NCBI GenBank assembly: GCA_905331295.1 | Contig: CAJNYD010000117.1 | Location: forward strand, 62,001-126,000 | DNA from: Rotaria socialis | Lineage: Eukaryota | Reading direction: 5' to 3' | Length of the DNA: 64,000 nt | Part shown: in pieces, positions 53,552-64,000 of the stretch | Numbering within the stretch: position 1 is the first letter of the stretch | Layout of the letters: each line of letters starts with the position of its first letter | Made by a program: the position numbers and the translations under genes | Notes under the pieces: generated by a model | Databases searched by the model: none | What the model was told of the DNA's origin: nothing | Seen by the model: only the letters and a program-made list of their open reading frames with translations

Positions 53552-54114
53552 TTATTAAAATAACCTGCTTTTTATTATATAGAATAGTGCAATTCATTAC
53601 TCATCCTATATTAACGCGAATATTATAGATTTCTATTTTCAATAAAAACAAAAATGATTTCGTTTTGTTTTGTTTTTCAAATAGTAGAAACATCGGCGAT
53701 TTGCCCGCGAACATTTTCTATGTTTAGAGTTGAATTTATTAGAAAAAAAAAGATATTTTTCCATGGTATTTTTATATTTTTTAAATATTAGAATAAAGTA
53801 TGTGCATAAAAACAACTTGTTGCTGCATAAAATTAATTCGGCAAAAACAAAACAAGACGAAGAAAAGGAAAAATAAAACAAGTAAAAAGATATTAGGCAC
53901 AAGCCTAAGATCAAAAATTAACCAAAACCAGTCAGCCACGTATTGGTCACGTCTTTTCATTTACTAAAATTCTCTTTCTCTTATCGCCTATTGAAAAACA
54001 AAGTTTACTTTATACAACTATTACCAACCAAAATAGTTCAGATGCTAAAACTGTCAATTAGAATAGAGTTCAATAAAAAACTGAAAGAAATCAATCGTTT
54101 TTTATTCTCTTCTA

Positions 54115-55576
54115 TCATTCATTATCTTTGGGTCTTGAACTAAGTTTTGCTTTAGCTGCAAGCGGTGATTTTTGACTCCACAGATTTCCCCATTTGGTTT
54201 CATAAGAATCTGTAGTGAAGAATGGATGTTCTTTTAATTTCGTCATTCCACCTGTTTCTTCACTACCAAGTCGTTCTTCGGGTTTAAAACGCTAGAAAAA
54301 CACACGAAATGCATTTTATTTGAATGAGAAAAAACTGCCGATATCAGCAGTAGCACGGTTCAAAAATACGTACGACAAGTTTTTGTATAAGATCACCAAT
54401 AGTATCTGGAAAATCATCAGGTAATTTATAAGCAACACGAACTACAGCATTGAAAATATCATATTCATGACTAAACTAATTCAAATGAATCCTCCTGTTT
54501 CTGTCTATCAAATGAAAGATCACTTACTGGCCATGAAATAAATGTTTACCTGTAGCCATTTGATAGATAACACAACCAAGTGACCAAATATCAGATCTAA
54601 AAGCGAAGGCATTCTTTTCAAACTATGAATGACAATTGCATTTCTAACAAACCCGATATGCACCGGACCACGTTGTAGAATTTCAGGTGCTACAAATTGA
54701 GCTGTGCCAACAAATGAATTTTTTCGTTCGACTGATTTTTTCTCGCCATTTGAATTATCAGTTCCGTCTGTTGCAGATACTTCATTATTATCAATAATAA
54801 CTGCAGAACCAAAATCAGTTAACTGAATATGCATATCATCAGTTAAAAGAATATTCTCCGGCTGGAAAAACAAAACAATTATATAAGCCAATTGCACGAA
54901 AAAACAATGATTTACTTTCAGATCTCGATGGATTATATTTCTAACATGAAGTTTTTCGAGTGCTTCAACAAGTTCAGCAGAATAAAAACGTACAATGTCT
55001 TCTTGAAAATGACCGGCATCATTGATGTATTGCAGAAGATCACCGTTCGAACAGTATGTTAAACCAAAATCTAAATAAAACACAGATACAAATCATCACA
55101 ACATTTAATAAACTCATAAATAAGAATTTTTCTTCTGAACACCCCTTTGTGTTTTTTCTCTACGAAACAATTTTAAAAAAATGTGTACTTACAAAGTGTG
55201 CTTTCATTTTGAAATGTACAATAAAGTTTAACCGCAAAAGCGCAATCGTTTAATCGAGTAAGAATTTCTTTCTCTCGAAAAACTTCTGGAGTTTTCTTCA
55301 ATCGTTTGATTAATTCTTTGTCGACCGCTTTGACTAAAACAAACCGTTAAAAGTTCCCTTTTAGAAAATGAAAAAAAAATATTCATACTAGCTAATTCAC
55401 GATCTGTTGCTTTTTCAATGGCAAAAAATACCTAAGTAATAAAGCAAAACAATCGATTGAAAATAGAATGTTTTTCTTCCTACTGTTGAATAAGAACCAG
55501 TGCCAATTTCTTTTACAAATTTAAAATCTTTTACGGACTTTTTTGGAATATTTGTTGAAACAGAACTTGTTGCCAT
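54115..55576 (-). CDS. PDPK1: PDK1 (3-phosphoinositide-dependent kinase 1)-like Ser/Thr kinase, multi-exon, kinase domain only
   Basis: KKSVKDFKFVKEIGTGSYSTV, FGLTYCSNGDLL, IIHRDLKPENILL, TDFGSA, RKNSFVGTAQFVAPEIL, ERLGSEETGGMTKLKEHPFF, then a stop after ...RPKDNE at 54115. Confidence 0.85.
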
Positions 55577-55730
55577 TGAAATAATGTTAATTGAAGTATT
55601 CAAAACATCAAACTCATTATATCATATACCAGTAGAAAACAAACAATACTTTCTATTGGTCTTTTTCAGAGCCAATAAAAATATTTCGTACGAAAAATAT
55701 GGTATGATGTTCATATTTCATGGTCGTAAC

Positions 55731-56152
55731 CAGTGTTTCCAATGGCAAGTGTACACAGCAAAAGCAAAATGTACAGAACATCTGCTAGTTTTGATTTACA
55801 CTCTGGTATACACTTGCGCAGAAAAACAAAGTGTACACTGTACACTTTACTAAAATAGTTTACACTCTAATTTCTTTGATCTCTGAACCTTAAAAGCCGC
55901 TATAGTTTTAAATTAATTAAGTGTGATATTTTTTGTTCGCTGGTGATTAAAATGTTTGTTTCATGTGATCAAAATGTTTGTTCCATGAGATAAAAAATGG
56001 CGAAAATTATATTTTGTTGTCCAAATTGTGAAAATTGGACTTTTGTACACTTTGATACACTCTGCTGAAAAAAGCAAAGTGTAATGTACACTTTACTCAC
56101 AAAAAGTAGAGTGTACTGTACATTTTGTTTTAGATTTCCATTGGAAACACTG
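55731..56152. mobile_element. hAT-type MITE with perfect 15-bp TIR and 8-bp TSD
   Basis: Termini cagtgtttccaatgg ... ccattggaaacactg. TSD gtcgtaac at 55723-55730 and 56153-56160. Internal gtgtacac repeats. Confidence 0.92.
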
Positions 56153-56233
56153 GTCGTAACAAACAGACCGTAGATATTGTTATTGCTTCTGTTTTATTAT
56201 TATATCAATCAACCAATCAAGGCATCTGCAGAT

Positions 56234-57697
56234 ATGACAACGTTTGCTCAACTTAAAGCGAATCTTCTTGATTCCTATCGAAACGAATTTCCTGATGATG
56301 AACCAACTCTGTGTTCATTTGCACCTGGTCGTGTTAATTTAATTGGTGAACATGTTGATTATAATGATGGTTTTGTTTTTCCTATGGCTATACCACTTGG
56401 TACTGTAATCATAGGCAAAGCACTAGATGATTCGGCTAATAACAAATGTTATATTCGAACATTATCAAGTAAATATCAATGAGATTCACCGGTGAATTCG
56501 GAAGCGCAATGCAGCTGTCGTAATTCAATTTGAAAAAGAAGTTTTTACTGAACCATTTTCATTTTCCGAAACCTTAGATCTATTGTTGTTGTTGTTTTTT
56601 TGTTCCAAGATGATGTCGATGAACCAAAATCGGTTGAAGTTGATTTATCAAAAGAAATCTCACGATTAGACTCACCCAAATGGGCTAATTATGTTGTTGG
56701 TGTACTTGCTCTCTTTTTGGAGCGTACGAAACCAACTAAAAAACAAGCATTCCGAATATTGATTGCAACTTCGGTGCCCATTGGTGGTGGTCTCAGTTCA
56801 TCAGCATCCGTTGAAGTAGCCATGTGTACATTCCTTGAATTACTTTATCAAAGCTCTTCAGCGAACATTCCAGCACTATCGAAAGTTGAAAAGGCATTAT
56901 TATGTTGTAAAGCAGAACAAATATATGCGAATGTACCATGCGGAATTATGGATCAATATACAGCATGTATGGCCGAAGCTAATCATGCGTTATTAATTGA
57001 TTGTCGAGATAATACATCGAAATGTGTTCCAATGAAAGATAAAGAAGTATGTGTGCTAGTAACAAATTCAAATGTAAAACATGAACTAGTTGCTGGTACA
57101 TATGCTGAACGTGTTAAACATTGTCAAGAAGCAGCAAAACGTTTAGGTAAGATTAAAATGAGTTAATTAGTAATCTTCACCGCTCTCATTAAACTATAAA
57201 CGCGATATAATTGTAGGTCATAACAAATTACGTGAAGTTTCATCGATGGAAGAACTTGAAAAAGCTCACGATAAGATGACACCTGTAATATTTAAACGTG
57301 CACGTCATTCTGTGACTGAAATACAACGTACAGAAGCAGGAGCCATAGCGTTAAGTAACAATGATTATCAGGAATTTGGTCGATTGATGTATGAAAGTCA
57401 TGCATCACTTCGCGATGATTTTGAAGTATCATGTGAAGAATTAGATCAGCTTGTTGAACTAGCACGTTCTGTTGATGGCGTTTATGGCTCACGTATGACC
57501 GGTGGTGGATTTGGTAAATCAATTTTTCTGCAATTATCTGATTACGCATTGTTTCGTATTTAGGTGGATGTACGGTGACATTAGTTAAAAAATCATCGGT
57601 TACTAAATGTATTGATGCCATTAAAAAGGGCTACAAGGGTACAGCAAGTTTCTATGAATTTGAACCAAGTGGTGGTGCCTATTCAATTAGTTTATAA
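56234..57697 (+). CDS. GALK1: Galactokinase. Exons: 56234-56468, 56610-57146, 57217-57513, 57564-57697
   Basis: [80 protein letters not shown]. Confidence 0.95.
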
Positions 57698-58304
57698 AGA
57701 AAAATACTCACGGACACATTGTTGTTATCTTTGTTTTACACGTACTTACTGTATTTATACTAATTTTTATTATGCAGGGGAATCTCAAACATAGACTTTT
57801 ACATTAGATCGATTAGCCAATAAATAGTATATTAGATATAGTTAAAAGAAAGCGAACGCATCATTACATATAAATGTTTATTAGTAGAATGTGTATTATT
57901 TCAGAATTGAATAAGTATCAATTTGACACTTGATAAGATATTCGTATTGTAAAAAAATCCGTCATGATGAGGTTTCAATATTGTAAATAATACAGTATTT
58001 GCTTGTTAGATAATCGACCGTTTTTACAGTTTGGCAACAGTATGTATTGACATATATCGAACAAAAGCGAATGAAAACGGAACTTTTTTTTTGTGATGTA
58101 TGGCTGCTTTTATCTTTGCATAGAAAATGAAATGAAAAGTTTTGAATTACATATACTTCAATAACGTATCACGTTCATCCGTTGCTGTCTGCATACTTAG
58201 ACTTTTCGTCTGTTCTGAACAAAAACGTGCGCTTCGCTTTTTTCAGTGGTCATTTATGAGTGGCCCAGTAAAAATTGCAGACGAATACAATATTCAGTAA
58301 AATC

Positions 58305-59080
58305 ATGAATTGGTTATTATTATTTCATTTCATTCTGATAAACATCTCAATAACGCTACTTATGGTGGGCTTTAGTACATCGCGATGGCTTGTTCATGTC
58401 GATGAAAATGCTACGGGAACTATCAGTGAATATTCCAAAGGAATTCTTATGGTCTGTCAACATCTCTACCAACAACATAATATTGATCAGTATTTAACAA
58501 TGAACGAAATCATAAGTAGTAATAATTATATAAATACTAATTTCTATAAATGTTATAATCGTTTACACAAATGGCACAATCCGTCAATAAATGGACCTGA
58601 AATATTGGGTAGATTAAAATATACATTTATAATTATCAAAGTTTCTGTATACTTGTTTCTTTCTTTTTTTCCAATAGACTATCATAAACTATTAATTGTC
58701 ACGTCGTTTAGTTGCATACTGATCGCCATTACTTCGCTACTTATCACTCAATTTGTTAATACAGAAAGATCCTATGATAAAATACAGTTTTCTAAATGTA
58801 TAGTTAATTGTTTACTAGCTGCTAATATTATTACTTGTATGTAAATTATTATATGTTTACTAAACAAATTGACATCTTGTTTATTTTTTTCCTTATTCTA
58901 CAAGGTATATTAGCATTGACTACGCTGACATTATTTTTTGGCTTCGAACGTCTTCAAAATATTATCGATTATGGTTATTCATTTTGGTCATTTGTTGCAG
59001 GAACATGTTGCATATTTCTTTGTTGTATTCTCATAGGTGTTTTTCGTATTGATGTTGAATTTGAATTTCGTCGTTATTGA
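58305..59080 (+). CDS. Claudin/PMP22-like four-pass membrane protein. Exons: 58305-58608, 58678-58836, 58905-59080
   Basis: TM1 is followed by STSRW...GILMVC...C (claudin W-GLW-C-C-like). There are four hydrophobic helices, with YGYSFW before TM4. Confidence 0.75.
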
Positions 59081-59450
59081 TGCAAAAGGGTTGCGACACT
59101 CCTAAATGGATGATTATTCTAGATGTTCCTATTTCTTAGCAGAAGAAAAAAGGCAAAATAAAAAGGGCAAAGAGCACGCTCATTTATTTTTCTTCGTTCT
59201 CTATCATACACGTCATTTTATTCAAGGGCTTCATTCGACGCAAGATGTCGAGCAATGTAAATGCAGACTAGAATATTTATGGTTGGAAAAAACGGAGAAA
59301 AAAATTTTTTTACATTCAGGTATTGCGTCACCTACTATTTCACCACACAACGAATTTTTAATTGCCGTCAAAAACAACGAAACGTCATTTCACCACTTTT
59401 TTGAAAAACAACGTTTTTTTTTTTTTTTTTGAGGCAACTTGTTAGCCATT

Positions 59451-60986
59451 ATGTCTGGCATGTAAGTCGTATTTCTGCAAAGTTCTAATCTCATTTGATT
59501 TAATTTATATAGTACTATCGAGAAAGTCAATGAAACAACTACTATTTTTAAAATTACTAATGGTTCGTTAAATGTAACTGTTAAACAAGGCAGCTTGGAA
59601 GCAGAACTATGCGACGCTATTGTGAATCCAACAAATGAAAAGATGGATCCAGATGGAGGATTAGATAGCTTAATACATGATGTTATGGGTAAATTTTTCG
59701 CTGATCAAGTAGCAGCAGTCAGCGAGGAGATGGAGGGGAACGCATGCCCTGTTGGACAATCGCGTATATTTGTTGCAAGAACACGTACTAATCCGAAAGT
59801 AGCTCGTTTTGTCATAAACACTGTTGGTCCAGCTTATACACCAGAAAATGCAGAACAAGCCGCTTTTTATTTACAATCATGTTATTCGACATCGTTCGCA
59901 TTAGCTAATGCGTATGCATTAACATCAATTGCCTATCCGGCGATATCATGTGGTGCGTTTCATTATCCTCCAGCCGAAGCAGCGCAAGTTGGTATTGAAT
60001 CAATCAGACAGTATGCATTTAATGTTAAGGATGTTCGCTTCATTTTATATGAACCTAAAAATTATCAGATATTCGTTAAAGAATGGACTAAATATGCACA
60101 AAAAGTTAATGAAACATCTGCTGTTTCAGCAAATGCAAGAGGTCGACTCCGAATGATACCAAAACCATCTTCAGAATCACTCAATTCAGTCCGTTGCTCT
60201 CTATGTAATGAAAAAAAAGCACTAGCTACTGGAAAAATACTATGCGTTGATTGTTCACAATTAGCACGTTCAACTTTATTTGATAACTTCTTACAACGAC
60301 TACGTACTGCTTCAGAAGTTTCATTTCAAGAAATTCAGAAAGTATGTAGAGTACTACAGCCAATATTCAACTACTATCCGATTGCATATACGCCCGCAAG
60401 AAAATATGATCATAGTATTCATAAACGTGATGCTGTTGCTGAACACTATGTACAGAGCTATTGCGATCATCAATTTCGTATAACAATGCCGATGGCAGTT
60501 GTTGGTGATGGAAATTGCTTTTATAATACATTTGTTAAATTAGGTGGAGCTGGCACAACAATCGAAACGTCGGCGATGACACCTGTTGAACTTCGTGCTC
60601 GCAATGTAGTTGAACTTGCCCTTCGTATGAATGAATACAAAAGTAATTATCAATCATTGGCATCGATTTTTGATGATTGTGAAAAGTATGTTCAATATGA
60701 AATGGTTCTCGATACAAATTATGCAGCTATTTGGGATCTCTTAAGTATACCGACTGTACTTAATATTAATGTTATAAGTGTTTATCCGAGAGTCAATGGA
60801 CCTGATGATACATATTACCAACTGCTAAATAATAAAAAATTTAAACCATTAATAAGTTCTGGAACGATAGGCGAAGACAGAGAAGTCAAACTTCTATTTT
60901 CACATTGTAACAAACCGATTAATTTTGGAGTAAAAAAAGAAAATTGGACACCGAATCATTTTGTACCATTACTCAGTTTACGATGA
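59451..60986 (+). CDS. Macro domain + C4 zinc finger + OTU-like (vertnin-type) protein, about 494 aa. Exons: 59451-59461, 59513-60986
   Basis: Macro: DAIVNPTN..M...GGLDSLIH, VINTVGP, LQSCY, SIAYPAISCGAFHYP. Zinc finger: CSLC-x12-CVDC. OTU: VVGDGNCFYN, SVYP, WTPNHFVPL. Confidence 0.88.
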
Positions 60987-62243
60987 GCATCAAAGATATT
61001 CTGTTTCAGTTAATTTATTTTGCACATTTGGTGAATAATGGATGTGCGTAATATTAACGTCAGTAATTTCATACATAAACGAGAAAAAATATATTTAAGA
61101 ATTGTTGGTTTTTTGTAGATAGCTTTTGTTTTTATTTCGCGTACGATTTTCATAGAGGCGATTGAGCCAAATTTTATATCATAGGAGTCCTATTAAGAGG
61201 AGAGTACCAAAAACATATGGTAGAATGATCTGACTCTATAACTAAAACGAATATTTTTCTATTGTACTTCAAGTCTTGTTAAATAATCATTTGAGAATGC
61301 GATTGTTGACGCTTATTTGATCGATTTGAATAATTGAACTATAGGCCTGTAAGAAAAACAAGGACACCACGTGAAATGAACGATTAGTTGAAGAAGATTG
61401 GACACACTAATTGTCGAATATGAAAACAGTGAATCATGCATGTCTGCAAGGGAAACTATCAAATATCGCCTGTGTTACCTTCGTTTAACACAATCTCATT
61501 TGGAAATCGACATGAGATAGAGATATAATCTAAACACGCAATTTACTATCGTGAATAACTATTTATCATAACGAATAGACTGGTTGATTTTTGGATTTCA
61601 GTTCTAATGAATTCGTCTTCTACGAGTTAGGAGAATGTAAACATCTACTTTTAATAAATAAAGCTGGTTGATTTTGCAAAACAAAACACTGTGAGCGCAT
61701 CAAAACAAATGAAATCTCTGTATTCACATTATGCTTGTCTTTCAAACTAAACTATCGTTTTATTTTCATCAATTTGAAAATTTTCGCCATAAACAATAAA
61801 CTGATGTACAATGTCTACTGGTGTAAAAAACTTTTTCTTTTAAATAATTCACAAATGTATCGCTCTGTGCGAAAGCTTTGTTTCGACCCATACCATTATA
61901 AAGACACGTCATTAGCATAGAATCAAACGTCTAATTGTTTGTTGCTTCCAACACATTCGGTAATCGACATAAATGAAATCTGTTTTTTGATCTACGCAGA
62001 TCTTGAAGTTGTTTCAATTTTTTCTTCGTGCTGATCTTCTCCTATTAATACTTTATAGTAAAATTCAAAACAATTATTTTTATCCCAGAATAAACGGAAT
62101 TCCATATCAGTTTGTGTGGTACACTCTTGTCTGATGCTAATGATGCGATCGCAATACTTTTGATAAGAAAGTTATTAAAATGTGTTCACGTGTTTCTTGT
62201 TCAACTTGTTTAAAAATCGAAGGATATTCACCATCATAATGTG

Positions 62244-62474
62244 TAGGGGTGTCACATTTAAATTTAAAAAAATTTATTAAATCGGGAAATAAATTTTCAA
62301 AAATTTAAATTTAAAATAAATTAAATTTTTTTTAAATGAAAAGTTAAATTTANTTAAATTTATTTTAAATTTAACTTTTCATTTAAAAAAAATTTAATTT
62401 ATTTTAAATTTAAATTTTTGAAAATTTATTTCCCGATTTAATAAATTTTTTTAAATTTAAATGTGACACCCCTA
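62244..62474. mobile_element. Almost fully palindromic hAT-type MITE with 8-bp TSD
   Basis: taggggtgtcacatttaaa ... tttaaatgtgacaccccta with about 110-bp arms. TSD ataatgtg at 62236-62243 and 62475-62482. Confidence 0.92.
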
Positions 62475-62629
62475 ATAATGTGCTAGTGCTATTAATCGAG
62501 ATAATGTATTATTCGGTGCATTATTATTCGAGGGAATACACATAATTTTGTATACTCGAAATCAGAGAAAACAACATTTTTCCAAAATTAAAAATAATCA
62601 AATATTTTCTTTCTTTTTTATATTACTGC

Positions 62630-63796
62630 TTCATATTTGGACTATTTGTTTGGCCACCAGATATATTCTTCATCTCGAAGAATATTGGCGTTGCACGTTT
62701 GAAGTCATATATTGATCGGCTTTGCATTAATTGTTCAGCAAAGGCTAAGCATCGAAGGCCATGAAATAAATTTTTCAATATGTAATATTGACGTGTTTCA
62801 GTTCGTCGTCTTTAACTACGCTTTGAAAAAATGGCTTAAAACTAAATTTATACAAATACAAATCAGAATATCTTCCATCAAGAGCCGCTTGTTCTATTCT
62901 TAATGGATCATAATATTTTTCGAAATAAATTTTTGTAAAATTTATTTCTTCTTTGATTTTAAATTCATCGGGTAAAAACAAACATTTTACGCAATCTAGG
63001 CAGTTTTTTGAGTACTCAAAAAGTGAGTACACTACTAAAACCGGTCAGTGTGTCTGTCCGTTTATTCGATAACTCTTCACAATTACATTCGATTGAGCTG
63101 AAATTTTGTGCACAGAATTGTCTTATCAATATCTCGATCGAGTTCGAAGATGAGAAGGGTCCGCCAAGAAATGGCTGAGTTGTCGAAAAAATTGTCATCT
63201 TTTATCAGACCATCCCTGAGGGAGAGTACAGGGATTTGTCAAAAAAAAACTTTTTTTTCTCAGAATTATCCACAACATATATAAATCGACTCAGTTTTTA
63301 ACGCTGATTCTGAATCTGATATTAGTTTTGAACTAAATGGTAGCTTTCTAACGAAACATCGCCTGAAAAACGTCTCAAAATGCACAAAAACTGCATCCAG
63401 AAATCAAATTGCCTAGTTTCTCATGATACTTTTGGTTTTCAAACATTCTAGAATGATTCATATGTCCCATGCACTTTTTGCAGTACACATAACTCTCGGA
63501 TGAATTCCGAAGTTTCCACATTTATTTTCTAGTAGTTTTTCGAAATTCTCAGATGAATGCACATAAATATCGTAGAGATCCCGTAAATTATGTAGAACAA
63601 ATTCATGAGAATAATCAGAATCAGATGTAAACTTCAACGGATCTTGATGAATGAGACGTGCAACAACTATAAGGTCTCGATCCGACGTTGGCGTATTCGT
63701 ACCATATGCTCATGAACCACGATTGTAAATATTGGCAACACGATCTTGACCTATACTAATTGCAGTCAAGATCAACGAAATGCCGGCACGATTCAT
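62630..63796 (-). pseudogene. Pol-beta-superfamily nucleotidyltransferase pseudogene interrupted by a HINE-like element
   Basis: Reads MNRAG...VANIYNRGS*AYGTNTPTSDRDLIVV...YDIYVHSSENFEKLLE up to the insertion, then NCLDCVKCLFLPDEFKIKE and, after a frameshift, KNLFHGLRCLAFAEQL..SRSIYDF. It has the GS...SDxD signature and a TGA at 63710-63712. Confidence 0.8.
63004..63525 (+). mobile_element. DINE-1/HINE-like non-autonomous Helentron element, copy 2
   Basis: Same termini and body as 47032-47556. It is inserted in a T run within the nucleotidyltransferase coding sequence. Confidence 0.82.
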
Positions 63797-64000
63797 CTCA
63801 TGACTACGAAAAATATTGAATAGCTAGATTGGTGAAACAATATCGTCCTTTTAACATACACCAAAAAGTATTGCATTCGATTATGCCAATGTTTATGGCA
63901 TACAGCGCTCTACTCAATTGTATGAATCATTCGAATAAAGATGAGGCAACAGTTCATCATCTGAAAGTGAGCCACGTCAAATTTTTCCTAAAATTTGGAG

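Noticed and set aside
63710..63712. In-frame TGA as possible selenocysteine or readthrough
   Set aside because: The same gene also has a TE insertion and a frameshift, so a simple nonsense mutation (e.g. TGG or CGA to TGA) is more parsimonious.

Overview
AT-rich eukaryotic DNA with many short (mostly 50-65 nt) GT-AG introns. It mixes metazoan genes with microbial-looking genes and many small non-autonomous DNA transposons. This profile fits a bdelloid rotifer (Adineta/Rotaria-like), which is an inference. The centrepiece is a 15-exon gene (18894-39333, +) that splices in frame to about 5,658 aa. It encodes an RNF213/mysterin-like multi-AAA+ protein with an apparent GOLD domain, no recognisable RING or RZ finger, and a C-terminal run of ubiquitin-like repeats. 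Other genes: a microbial-type (DUF2263/TIGR02452) PARG, an NCS-family EF-hand gene plus a decayed partial duplicate, an intronless membrane protein, an intronless 1079-aa Gly-rich protein, a secreted knottin-like peptide, an EGF/mucin protein, a two-domain small HSP, a PH-less PDK1-like kinase head-to-head with galactokinase, a claudin-like tetraspan, and a Macro-ZnF-OTU(vertnin-like) fusion. F-box and nucleotidyltransferase pseudogenes, hAT/MULE-type MITEs with TSDs and two DINE-1/HINE-like copies are also present. All exon structures and domain calls were made by eye, with no database search.
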